A model generated the notes under the pieces. It saw only the letters and a program-made list of their open reading frames with translations. It was not told the DNA's origin and did no database searches. A stretch of DNA of 64,000 bases. It comes from Armatimonadota bacterium. Its GTDB lineage: Bacteria; Armatimonadota; HRBIN16. The stretch is taken from assembly GCA_963677485.1 (NCBI GenBank), contig OY781964.1, forward strand, positions 1,792,001 to 1,856,000. Direction: 5' to 3'. A program made the translations under genes and the position numbers. Below, in pieces: positions 1 to 9,116 of this stretch. Every line of letters begins with the position of its first letter. Positions within the stretch are counted from its first letter, which is position 1.

Positions 1-251
1 ATGTCGCCATCACTCTGCACCGCTTTGTCCGGCTCAGCTGCTAACGCACACAGCGTCTTGAGGTTAATCACCGTCGGCAGCGCACCTGCGGAAGCGCTGA
101 ACTCACAGCCTTGGTTGACTAAACCAAGGCCGCTGCCTGGTGATAAAGACCGCGCATGGTTGAAGTTGCCCTGCCACGTCTGCGATCCGAGCCCAGTGGC
201 GGTATACTTCATGCTGATATCTACACTCACATTGCCTCGAAGCTCACCCAT
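1..251 (-). CDS. phage protein (5' part only; runs off window)
   Basis: ATG at 251 overlaps the 3' end of the head-closure gene; frame MGELRGNVSVDISMKY... stays open to position 1. Confidence 0.5.
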   Translation of the reverse strand, partial: MGELRGNVSVDISMKYTATGLGSQTWQGNFNHARSLSPGSGLGLVNQGCEFSASAGALPTVINLKTLCALAAEPDKAVQSDGD

Positions 252-570
252 TGGATGGCACCCTCCTTGCGATTACGTTGAGCACCAGCCGACGGCTGTC
301 GGCGTCCGTGCTCTGCACTTCATAGGTCTCGCCCAGAATGACCAGGCGACGCTGCTGCCGGATATGCTGGCAGAACCGGCAGGTGATCTTCACCACATCG
401 TCCGGGATGTTCACCCCGCTGGCCAACCGGTCCTTTTGGGTGAGTCCGGTCATGGCCACCGGCACCACAGCGAGCTTTGTCCAGTCGCCCTTCTTGTATC
501 CACCGCGCCCGTCTGGAACATCAGGACGCCCCTGCACTTCGGCTTTATACCGCAGCCTCCCAGCTTCCAT
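244..570 (-). CDS. phage head-closure / head-tail adaptor (SPP1 gp16-like)
   Basis: MEAGRLRY...DGRGGY...W motif typical of the family; TAATG coupling to the endolysin stop. Confidence 0.75.
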   Translation of the reverse strand: MEAGRLRYKAEVQGRPDVPDGRGGYKKGDWTKLAVVPVAMTGLTQKDRLASGVNIPDDVVKITCRFCQHIRQQRRLVILGETYEVQSTDADSRRLVLNVIARRVPSNG

Positions 571-1034
571 TAACCCCTCCACTCGCAATGCGGTAAATCC
601 CGCAGCGACCTCCACGCCCCGCCCCAGGTCAAGCCATGCGCCTTTACGGCACTCCCGTAGACCACCCAAGTGGTGCAGGCTGCGTCCCAGGTCACCACAC
701 CGTTCACCAGAGGCACCACGTCCATGGCCAGTCCCTTGCAGTGCATCGAGTTCAACGTGCCGGTCAGGACATCGTCTTTGGCTAGATATCCAGCCTTCCG
801 GGCCGCGGAGATCTCCTCATAACTCAACCCCGCTGCCCGCAGGTAAGTGTCAGACCGTCCCGCACAATACAGCTTCCTCTGCACCGACACGGGCCGTAGA
901 ACCTGGGTGACCATGAGCTCCAGCCCATGGCCCCTCACGTCCGCCAACACCGCCCGGAACTTCCGCGCCGCCACCTTGTTAACCCCCGCCTGCGATATCA
1001 TCTTGTCATTACACGTCTGCTCAGGCATATACAT
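570..1034 (-). CDS. endolysin, M15 family (L-Ala-D-Glu peptidase-like)
   Basis: R...Q..LY..GR, SMHCKGLAMD and WGGAW..LRDLPHCE zinc-ligand motifs. Confidence 0.88.
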   Translation of the reverse strand: MYMPEQTCNDKMISQAGVNKVAARKFRAVLADVRGHGLELMVTQVLRPVSVQRKLYCAGRSDTYLRAAGLSYEEISAARKAGYLAKDDVLTGTLNSMHCKGLAMDVVPLVNGVVTWDAACTTWVVYGSAVKAHGLTWGGAWRSLRDLPHCEWRG

Positions 1035-1581
1035 GCCTCCTTAACAAGCTAATGATGGACTTGACACTCATCGGCACCTCGCCCAAGCTGCGGCCATCAT
1101 CTACCGCTTCCCGGTGCTCATACCAGTGCGCCGTGCACATCAGGATCGCCGCTCTGGCAAGCGGCTCGATCTTATCTCTGCCCATGGTTACCGTGAGGAT
1201 GGAGTGATCGCCGCACTCGCCAAGATCATTCATGGCCACATACCCGCGGCGCAGGGCCTCATTGTTGAGGTCGACCGCAGTTAGGGTGCCGTCATCCGCC
1301 ACACGCACCAGCGTTGGTGTGTCCACGTCCAGGCTGCCGGAGTAGATAGGCAGGTTATAAAGACCCTCGTTATTTCCCTCATTGACGACCTCGAACCGGC
1401 GCACCCGCACGCAGAAGGTCTGGTTGGTCGCTCCCTCGATGTAGTCTGTGGCTGCCTCAACAAGCCCAGCGATGAACTCCCGTTCTGCCTCGTCGGCTTC
1501 CAACAGTCGCATATGCACAATGGCTTCGTCCACTGTGGCCACTGGGGTCAGTGGGGTGTCACTGCTTATCCGAGTTATCAT
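1021..1581 (-). CDS. phage head-tail connector (HK97 gp6-like)
   Basis: TVDEAIVHMRL...AATDYIE and AILMCTAHWYEHREAV...VPMSVKSIISLLR motifs. Confidence 0.88.
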   Translation of the reverse strand: MITRISSDTPLTPVATVDEAIVHMRLLEADEAEREFIAGLVEAATDYIEGATNQTFCVRVRRFEVVNEGNNEGLYNLPIYSGSLDVDTPTLVRVADDGTLTAVDLNNEALRRGYVAMNDLGECGDHSILTVTMGRDKIEPLARAAILMCTAHWYEHREAVDDGRSLGEVPMSVKSIISLLRRHVYA

Positions 1582-1966
1582 CTCTGACCTCCTGAGACTG
1601 GTTGAGCACTGCCAGACTCCGCCTCAACGCTGGGGCGATAGGTATACCAAGTTTGCCCATGTTCTCCAGGATGGATATGCCCTCGGCAACGACATAGAAG
1701 CTGGTGATGGTGCCCCCGGCAGGGATCGCCCCATTGGTGGCGTGTTCTATGCCGTAGCCGAATCCCACAATGAGCAGCACTATGCTCTTCTTGGTCATGC
1801 CCACCCGGCTAGCCGATGAACTGACAGTGCCAGCCATCGCAGCAGCGGTCACACCGGTGATGACATCGATGATGATGGCAGCAATGAGCAGCCACACAAT
1901 CTTCGGGATTGCCAGCATGACTGCGACAAGAGAGCCGTATGTTAAGGCTCGCTCATTGTTTCCCAC
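1559..1966 (-). CDS. phage holin (Phage_holin_4 / toxin secretion-phage lysis holin type)
   Basis: IIDVITGV.AA...SS....GM.KK...FYVVAEGISILENMGKLGIPI signature; several TM segments. Confidence 0.88.
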   Translation of the reverse strand: MGNNERALTYGSLVAVMLAIPKIVWLLIAAIIIDVITGVTAAAMAGTVSSSASRVGMTKKSIVLLIVGFGYGIEHATNGAIPAGGTITSFYVVAEGISILENMGKLGIPIAPALRRSLAVLNQSQEVRDDNSDKQ

Positions 1967-2319
1967 TACGGCAGCCCCACCAATATCACCATGATCCGCG
2001 CCACTACGATCGCCTCACTTGGCATTCCAGCCGTGGCTTGCAGCACCCAACCCTTCACTTTCGTCACAGCCGCAGCCCGCAGTATCGCCTCCTCCCAGTC
2101 CGGCAGCGGCTCAACCACGCTATCCAGAAGCTTGGCGGCCATCCGGTCGATTGCTCCCGGTCCGCCATTGCGAACCTGGCCGTAGGTGGCACGCACTGCA
2201 TACGCCACGGCGATCTCCATTTCCGCCGGGTGCTTGCGGATCACGTCGCCTCCGCTGTTCTCATCCTCCGGTAGATGAAACACACGGTCCCGCAGCCAAA
2301 CCCAGATTTTCTTAAACAT
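1966..2319 (-). CDS. phage hypothetical protein
   Basis: 117-aa ORF tightly packed in the operon with a GGAG RBS. Confidence 0.6.
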   Translation of the reverse strand: MFKKIWVWLRDRVFHLPEDENSGGDVIRKHPAEMEIAVAYAVRATYGQVRNGGPGAIDRMAAKLLDSVVEPLPDWEEAILRAAAVTKVKGWVLQATAGMPSEAIVVARIMVILVGLP

Positions 2320-2331
2320 AGTGCGCTCTCC

Positions 2332-3366
2332 TTAGCTCCTCGTCCATGTGTGCCGGAATGTCAGATAGACCTTCTTGGCACTCGTCTTGGGTAGTGGTGT
2401 CGCGAATTTGCACACAAGACCCGGTTCCCCAATCCCTGTCACCCCACTGGCTGTTTTTGCGAATCCTCGTGTTACCAGTGAGGCGATATTCATATTCAAC
2501 ACAGCCTGTGGTATCTCTAGCTTCAAGTCTAGCCAGTAGTTATCCCCACTCTTGCCGGTGTTGGGTTTTGTGATATTCCCACTGCCATTCGAAGAGGATG
2601 CTAAAGCCGTATAGTCGGTGTTGGCGATCCCGCTTGCGAAACTCAAGGCGGTAGAACTGGCATACATGTTCGCGGTAGCCTGCGTATACAGCCCTCCAGC
2701 GGACGCACCGCTCCCATGCAGGAAACAGTCGGCCAGCCACTGGTTGTTCACAAACGAGACGATGCTGTTGTTTGTCCCTAAGTCGCCGACCTCTGTGATC
2801 GCAGTGGCGGCGAACGGGTCGCCGACACGTGTCACCGTGATGCGGGCGGTGATGTTCATCGTGTGCGAGCTGTCTTTCACGATGGTGGTCGGGTCGCCGT
2901 TCACGTCCACGATCCGGTTTCGACAGAAGAACTTCCCGGCGGTGTTTGTCAGGCCATTCAACAGCCCCATCTCAGAGATGTTCCCGTTGGCCTCATTTTC
3001 ACCAAATGCCGCCACCAGCGTGAAGGTGATCGGCGATGTGTTGCTGGTCAAGTCGATGGTCTTGGAACCCAGGGTGTAGTCATACGCCTTAGCAGCCACG
3101 AACGTACCCAGGGTTGTGTCAGTGAAGGCGGGAGCAGCGGTACCGCTCCCCACTGCAATGGCGTTATAGTAGCCATCCTGCGTTCCATTAACACACCTAA
3201 ACAGACCTCCATGATCTGTAAATGAGGTGTTCATGAAGAAGTCCATACCGGTGTCGAGTATGGTGTTCTTGTGGAACGGGATGTGCCGCTCGATGATGCC
3301 GGTCTTGGCGTTGATAAGGTCAACCGACCACTCGCATTTGATGCCGGTTTTGATTTGCCCAACCAT
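2332..3366 (-). CDS. virion structural protein, tail-collar/fibre-base-like
   Basis: IAVGSGTAAPAFTDTTL...EANGNISEMGLLN...FFCR motif seen in phage fibre-associated proteins; RBS AAGGAG before ATG 3366. Confidence 0.6.
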   Translation of the reverse strand: MVGQIKTGIKCEWSVDLINAKTGIIERHIPFHKNTILDTGMDFFMNTSFTDHGGLFRCVNGTQDGYYNAIAVGSGTAAPAFTDTTLGTFVAAKAYDYTLGSKTIDLTSNTSPITFTLVAAFGENEANGNISEMGLLNGLTNTAGKFFCRNRIVDVNGDPTTIVKDSSHTMNITARITVTRVGDPFAATAITEVGDLGTNNSIVSFVNNQWLADCFLHGSGASAGGLYTQATANMYASSTALSFASGIANTDYTALASSSNGSGNITKPNTGKSGDNYWLDLKLEIPQAVLNMNIASLVTRGFAKTASGVTGIGEPGLVCKFATPLPKTSAKKVYLTFRHTWTRS

Positions 3367-3386
3367 GTGTTTACTCTCTCTCCTTG

Positions 3387-5468
3387 TTATCGCGTGCTCA
3401 GCGAGCATTCGTCGAACCATACCACGCTGTTTATCGTGCCGGGGTTTTCGAGGAATATACGGACATTCGACGCACCCGCGGGAGTCGTGAAATCATATGT
3501 CACTTTTTGCCATGTTGTCGTTGCGTTTCCCGTTGACACATCAGCCGGTGTGATATATGTGTTCGTGGTCCTGTCATGTATGAAGAACTTCCCAGCATTC
3601 GTGCCGTCACCTCGGCACCAGAACGACAGGCGGTAGTTGGTAGACGGCTGTAGTATGGTGTCCCTGTGCAACCATGGGTTTGTGTCGTAGAACGTGCTGC
3701 CGTCAGCCGCCAGGCGCACAGCTTTAGTTCCCGAGTAGAACTCGCCTGCAGCGGTGGCGATGGAGGCTGTACCGTGGTTGCCATTGGTAGCGTCGTTCTT
3801 GACCCAGTTCGCGAAGTCGCTTTCAAACGCCGGGTTATAGCCGTCCCACAGGTTCGGAGCGGCCACCTCCCAGTCGATGTTGGTGATGGCACTGGCCACG
3901 CCCACCTGGCGGGTGTTCTCATAGGTAGTGATGGGCGTAGAGGCCACATCCCAATCGACATTGGTGATGAGATGAGCAACTCCGGCTTGTGCTCCATGCT
4001 CATAGGTTGGAACAGGAACGATCCAATACACATTAGTGACAGCATTCGACATACCCGCTGAGGCGTCTACCGGGTTGGCAGAGACCGGCGTGAGCGGACT
4101 TAGCGTGATGCTGAAGTCATCGAACCAGACCTCGCCAAGACCTACGCTGGCCCCGTATAGTAGCAACCTGACATTCGAGCCACCAGAGGGAACAACGAAG
4201 GCGAACTCCACCTGCTGCCATGTGGTGCTAGCGTTGTCCGTGGACATGACACCTGGGGTGATGTCGACATCCGTTGTTTTGTCATACATAAAGAAGCGGC
4301 CAGCATTGGTACCATCACCTCGGCACCAGAATTTGAGGGCGTAACGCGAGCCGGCCACAAGCGTATTGTCCTGCTGTAACCTTGGCTCAGTGGTCATATC
4401 CACTGTGCCGGAGGTGAGCTTGACGGCTTTGGCTCCAGTATGGATCTCCCCCTCGGCAGTGACCACCGACACCGTACCGTTCGCGCCGTTACGGCTGTCG
4501 GTTGGGGTCCACCAGTCCAGGTCAGATTCAAAACCCTCATTGCTCATCTCATTGACCGGAATGACTTCCCAGTCTACGCCAGTAACCACATGGGCGATGG
4601 CCACACCTGCGTAGTGCTCATAGGTGTCCACAGGCACCACGTATAAGGCCCAGTCCAGGTTAGTGATCGCGTGCGCCAGTCCTGCGGTGTTAGGCTCCTC
4701 GGTCACGTCAAGCGATGCCACGGTGACCTCACCGAAGTATAGGTCGTCATACCACACGGTGCCACCCACCACATACGGCGCATATAACACACTCCTGGCC
4801 AGTGTAGCTCCAGCAGGGGCAACGAAGGTATATGACACCTTCTGCCAATCGGTCGTTAGCCCTGTGATTGGCACAGGCTCCGGAGTGATGCTTGCGTCTG
4901 TCGTCCGGTCGTACATAAAGAAGTGTGGGGTATTGACACCATCGCCCTTCGCCCAGAACGAAAGCATGTAGGTCTTCCCGGGTGTGGTCGCACAGTCCTG
5001 TGATAGCCGGGTTATGTTGGTCGGGTCTGTTGTTCCAGATACCAACTTCGCTGCTTTTGACCCAGAGTGGAACTCGCCAGCGACAGCCGTCGATGTAACT
5101 TGTCCATAGAACCCATTAGTGGCATCATGGATGGAATACCAGTTGATGCCATCTTCGAAGCCAGGATTGATGAATTGATTGTCTCCAAGAGTGCCCTCCA
5201 GAATCCACTGAAGGGCTGTGATAGCGTGCCCAATGCCCGCCGCGTTCGCTTCATCGTATGTGTCCAGCGAAAGGGTATATACCGTCCATTCCAGCCCTGT
5301 GATGTCATGCGTCACACCGGCTCCGTTGGCCACCAGCCGCGGGGCCAGTGTGGGCCAGTCGATACCGGTGATGGCGTGGCCCACACCCACCGCGTTACGG
5401 TGAATGGGGCCTTTGGGGACGGGTATCCTGCGTTTTGCGGTCGCAGCGAACAGTATGATGAGGCCCAT
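3387..5468 (-). CDS. virion protein with three CBM4/9-like carbohydrate-binding domains and eight short repeats
   Basis: Three N..FE....W / Y.LSFW.KG / WQKV.Y.F / VWFDD domains; start reassigned to ATG 5468 just after the upstream stop. Confidence 0.75.
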   Translation of the reverse strand: MGLIILFAATAKRRIPVPKGPIHRNAVGVGHAITGIDWPTLAPRLVANGAGVTHDITGLEWTVYTLSLDTYDEANAAGIGHAITALQWILEGTLGDNQFINPGFEDGINWYSIHDATNGFYGQVTSTAVAGEFHSGSKAAKLVSGTTDPTNITRLSQDCATTPGKTYMLSFWAKGDGVNTPHFFMYDRTTDASITPEPVPITGLTTDWQKVSYTFVAPAGATLARSVLYAPYVVGGTVWYDDLYFGEVTVASLDVTEEPNTAGLAHAITNLDWALYVVPVDTYEHYAGVAIAHVVTGVDWEVIPVNEMSNEGFESDLDWWTPTDSRNGANGTVSVVTAEGEIHTGAKAVKLTSGTVDMTTEPRLQQDNTLVAGSRYALKFWCRGDGTNAGRFFMYDKTTDVDITPGVMSTDNASTTWQQVEFAFVVPSGGSNVRLLLYGASVGLGEVWFDDFSITLSPLTPVSANPVDASAGMSNAVTNVYWIVPVPTYEHGAQAGVAHLITNVDWDVASTPITTYENTRQVGVASAITNIDWEVAAPNLWDGYNPAFESDFANWVKNDATNGNHGTASIATAAGEFYSGTKAVRLAADGSTFYDTNPWLHRDTILQPSTNYRLSFWCRGDGTNAGKFFIHDRTTNTYITPADVSTGNATTTWQKVTYDFTTPAGASNVRIFLENPGTINSVVWFDECSLSTR

Positions 5469-5470
5469 GG

Positions 5471-5893
5471 CTACATGCTTACCAGCGAGATATCTATGGT
5501 CTGTGCGGTGGTCTGTGCCACAAGGTCGCCCCGTACACCGCTCTGAAACCGCACCAGGTGCTTCGACACACGCAGGCTCATGTCGGCGGTGAGCGGGAGT
5601 GCACACAGCCCCACAGGGGTCTCGGCGATGCTCTCGCCGTTCTCAAGCATGTCGCGCCAGGTCACCCCGTCATCTATGGAGTCCTGGAAAGAGATTTTAC
5701 CAGTCCAACCTAGGCTAAATCCCAGCTCATCGATGCGCCAGCCGTCCGGTATCTGGACAGCGGAGCTCTGACTGGCCTCGGCCTCGATAACGGCAGACAG
5801 CGCATTCGGTAGCCGTATGCCCTGCGTCACCAGCACCGGATTGTCCGGCACATTGTCAATGGATACCCGCCCGATATAGTTGTCTGCCATCAT
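5471..5893 (-). CDS. phage hypothetical protein (possible head decoration)
   Basis: 140-aa ORF with AAGGAG RBS directly downstream of the capsid terminator. Confidence 0.6.
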   Translation of the reverse strand: MMADNYIGRVSIDNVPDNPVLVTQGIRLPNALSAVIEAEASQSSAVQIPDGWRIDELGFSLGWTGKISFQDSIDDGVTWRDMLENGESIAETPVGLCALPLTADMSLRVSKHLVRFQSGVRGDLVAQTTAQTIDISLVSM

Positions 5894-5915
5894 TACTCCT
5901 TATCTGTCTCGGTCG

Positions 5916-5943
5916 AAAAGGGGGCCGTTTTGGCCCCCCTAAA
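5916..5943 (-). terminator. intrinsic terminator after the capsid gene
   Basis: AGGGGGCC-loop-GGCCCCCT stem followed by a T run on the minus strand. Confidence 0.7.
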
Positions 5944-5961
5944 GCGAGGCTAAGCCTCCTC

Positions 5962-7152
5962 CTAGGCCGCCTTCACCTTCAGAACCTGGGCGTGCGAGTC
6001 CTTCATCAGCTTCCCGTCACCGCTCCACACCGCACGGAACGTGCGCTGCCGCTTGTCAAACTGGAAGTGGTCGCTCAACTCAATCTCCAGACCGCCGTCC
6101 TTCAGCACGTAGCTCAGCAGGTTCACAAACGCCATCACCTTCGTGTTCGCAGTCCACACCGGCGCACCACTCGACAGGTTCACGGGCCGTCCGATGAGCT
6201 GCCACTGGTAGCCATCCACCAGGGAGGGAGCCCACAGAGTGTCACCGGTCACCGCATTACTCACGTCGGCGATCATCTGCGCGGTCGATCCGCCCATGAT
6301 CCACTCAGCCCGGCCGAGGTAGAACTCCGGCATACCCCAATACAACGCCTCGATCTCCTTGCGGGTGATCGCGGTCGCACTGGCGGTGGTCTTCTTCAAA
6401 ACCCCGGCGTTCAAAATGCCCTGCAGCGCATCGGCTCCACCGGCACCGTTGATGATCTCGCCCTCCAGGAACTCGGCTAGACCCTCGGCAAACAGTCCGC
6501 GAAGCCACCCTTCTACGCTCACGGTAGAGCTGCTCATGTTCTTATCCACGCCGATAAGCCACTGCGCGGTCTGTGTGACTAGCGGCAACTGACCAGTCGC
6601 CGGGTCCTTCGGAGTCGTGGTCTCGTTCTGCTTCACGTACTGGAAGCCGCCCTTGCTGGTCATGGTCGGCACATTCACCGCCCAGTCGGTCGAGGGCATC
6701 CTCTTCACGCGGCCAACCACTGGGGCCAGCGACTTGGTCAGATCCCAGATCTCGTTGTAGGTCACCGTCGGGATGAGGTAACCGCCCTCTGTGCCGGTGA
6801 CGGCACCAAGAACACGCAGCTCACGGTCATCACCCCGCACCAGGAACTGAGCGAACGCGTCCCGGTACTCCTGGCTAGCGTGCAGCTCGGTCGGCACCAT
6901 CACCCTGTGCTCAGGCGGAGCGGCCCCAACCGCCAGGCGACTCATGCTCACATGCTCCGAGGCGCGCATCTCGTTCATCTCGTCAATGGTCCCGATCTGC
7001 TCATTCAGTGTCTTGGCCTGCGCCATGATCTGGTCACGGCGGCTTCTCTCTTCGTCGGTAAACCCGCGGTTCTCACCCTCAGCGGTGTTCAGCATCTGCT
7101 CCAACTCCGCCAACAGTTGGTTACGCTGGTCAATCAATCTCTTTCGGTTCAT
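5962..7152 (-). CDS. major capsid protein, HK97 family
   Basis: N-terminal coiled-coil delta domain; EGGYLIP, IINGAG...GIL and LIGRPV motifs. Confidence 0.95.
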   Translation of the reverse strand: MNRKRLIDQRNQLLAELEQMLNTAEGENRGFTDEERSRRDQIMAQAKTLNEQIGTIDEMNEMRASEHVSMSRLAVGAAPPEHRVMVPTELHASQEYRDAFAQFLVRGDDRELRVLGAVTGTEGGYLIPTVTYNEIWDLTKSLAPVVGRVKRMPSTDWAVNVPTMTSKGGFQYVKQNETTTPKDPATGQLPLVTQTAQWLIGVDKNMSSSTVSVEGWLRGLFAEGLAEFLEGEIINGAGGADALQGILNAGVLKKTTASATAITRKEIEALYWGMPEFYLGRAEWIMGGSTAQMIADVSNAVTGDTLWAPSLVDGYQWQLIGRPVNLSSGAPVWTANTKVMAFVNLLSYVLKDGGLEIELSDHFQFDKRQRTFRAVWSGDGKLMKDSHAQVLKVKAA

Positions 7153-7757
7153 CGTCCCTCCATTAGCTTCTTCAGCATCATCCAGTCGTTGTTCAGGGTA
7201 GGCTGCGCATTAAGTTCCTCAGCAGGTTTACCCTCTGGTCGCTTGCACCGAGCTTCGTAATAGCTCCTCACAGCCACACTAGTGGCTACATACGCCGGTC
7301 GCACCACCGGACCAACGTCATCGATCTCCCGGATATCTAGCAGCTCCCGCAGCATCACCCCGTCCCCGCGGTCCGTCCAGGCATCCTTCGTCACCCAGAA
7401 CGCGAAGCTGCAGCCCTGCAGGTCACCCCGTCGCACCAGCTCAATCACCTGGTCGCCTATCATCGTGCGGGCCACATCGCCCTCAAACCGCAGACCGTGG
7501 TCATCTGTCGACAGCCGCAGCGTACCGCCCGCCACACTCGCCACCATCTGGTCATAGCTGTGGTTGAACAGGCACACCACTTTATCCATGTTGGTGGTCC
7601 GGAACGCCTCCGGACGGATCACCTCATAGGTGTCTCTGAAAATCATCGTCTCCGAGTTGAACACCGCCGCATACCCGTTGATAGTGCGGCTCTCCTCGCC
7701 AGACATTCGCAGCTCCGCGTTGTGCTGCATCCACCGAAACTGTAGGTTGTCGCTCAC
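7149..7757 (-). CDS. prohead protease, HK97 family
   Basis: INGYAAVFNS, LFNH, DDHGLRFE, GDLQGCSFAF and PAY motifs. Confidence 0.95.
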   Translation of the reverse strand: MSDNLQFRWMQHNAELRMSGEESRTINGYAAVFNSETMIFRDTYEVIRPEAFRTTNMDKVVCLFNHSYDQMVASVAGGTLRLSTDDHGLRFEGDVARTMIGDQVIELVRRGDLQGCSFAFWVTKDAWTDRGDGVMLRELLDIREIDDVGPVVRPAYVATSVAVRSYYEARCKRPEGKPAEELNAQPTLNNDWMMLKKLMEGR

Positions 7758-8953
7758 TTCCTCACACTCCCCGGCTCGCTGTTGCCCACCTGATCCGCAG
7801 CCTGGCCGATCGGCACCATATTCAACGGCACGTAGTATTCATCGCCACCCTCTATCGGGGGCAAATCCTCATACCGTCGTATCTCATTCACACACAGCCA
7901 GCCGTTCTGCTTGGCGATGGCGTACGATGCATATCGCTTGTCCAAGTCGCCTCGTAAAAGGCCGTCGACTTCAAACTTCACGAATATCCGCCCACGCTCC
8001 CATGGCGTCAACAGGCTCCGGCTGATCGATTGCTCCAGCCGCACAATCCAGGGCCGCAACGTCAACGAGTAGAACTCCCTAGCCCGCGCCTCGTCGCTGG
8101 CATATGTCCCTCCGGGTGCCATGACCATATGCATCGGAACACCGAACACGCGGCAGACCTCCGCCACTTGAAACTCCCGGTTCTTCAGAAACTCGCTGTC
8201 CGCGAAGCTGATTGACAGCGCATCGAACTTCACCCCCTGCTGAAGCAGCATGATCCGCCCAGCGTTCGAGGCCCCTTCGTACAGCCGTCGCCACGCGTCG
8301 ATCAGGTTCTTCTCGGCGTCTTCACTCATCTCGTCCGGAGTGCTCAACACCCCAGACGGCTTGGCCCCCTGCCGAAAGTAGCTCTCAGCCAGCGTGTCGG
8401 CAGAGATGGTGATCCCGAACACCGTCCGGAACCTCTCCAGCAGCGAGCTCCCGCGCAGACCGTCATAGCCCTGGCCGGGGATGTGCATCACATCGCTGTC
8501 TGCCAGTTTGTGCGCCGTGCCCGCCCGCGTCACGGTGTAGTTCGGGGTGCCGTCCAACTCGGCATCTGCGTAAACCTCGGCAGGGCACAACGGCCACAAT
8601 TCCGCCGGCCGGGTGTTCTCATCGCGTGCGATCTCCACATACCCGTTGCCCAGCAGCACGATGTTCTCGACCACCGACTGCCAAAATACGCACGGGATCA
8701 TCCGCCGGTTCGGCGTAGAATACAGGAGGGATTGAAGGGGGTGGCTTGGCTTCGGCACTCTGCCATCTTTGGTCATCTGGTATACATGGATCGGCAGCGT
8801 CGCGATGCTCTCGCTGATCACCGCCACGCACCGATGCAACGCTGCGATCTGCATCGCCGCATTCGTAGGCCGACCGTACTTGTCGACCCCGCCGATCACC
8901 CACGGATCAGCAATTCTCTTTTCCTTACGCTGCCACGGCCATCTCAAATTCAC
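7754..8953 (-). CDS. portal protein, HK97 family
   Basis: CVAVISESIATLP, LLGNGY, VCRVFGVP and NEIRRYEDLPP motifs; GTG start at 8953 after GGAGG. Confidence 0.95.
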   Translation of the reverse strand: MNLRWPWQRKEKRIADPWVIGGVDKYGRPTNAAMQIAALHRCVAVISESIATLPIHVYQMTKDGRVPKPSHPLQSLLYSTPNRRMIPCVFWQSVVENIVLLGNGYVEIARDENTRPAELWPLCPAEVYADAELDGTPNYTVTRAGTAHKLADSDVMHIPGQGYDGLRGSSLLERFRTVFGITISADTLAESYFRQGAKPSGVLSTPDEMSEDAEKNLIDAWRRLYEGASNAGRIMLLQQGVKFDALSISFADSEFLKNREFQVAEVCRVFGVPMHMVMAPGGTYASDEARAREFYSLTLRPWIVRLEQSISRSLLTPWERGRIFVKFEVDGLLRGDLDKRYASYAIAKQNGWLCVNEIRRYEDLPPIEGGDEYYVPLNMVPIGQAADQVGNSEPGSVRK

Positions 8954-9116
8954 AGCCCTCCATATACTAGGGGGCAAACAATCAGAAATGGGAAGTGGCC
9001 TGATAATCCAGTAATATACTGGTATTAAATGGAGGATAACCAAAGGATGACACCGTATATATACTGCGGATATTGCTATTAATAGATCAATCGATTTGCC
9101 TTCAAAGGAATGTCAA

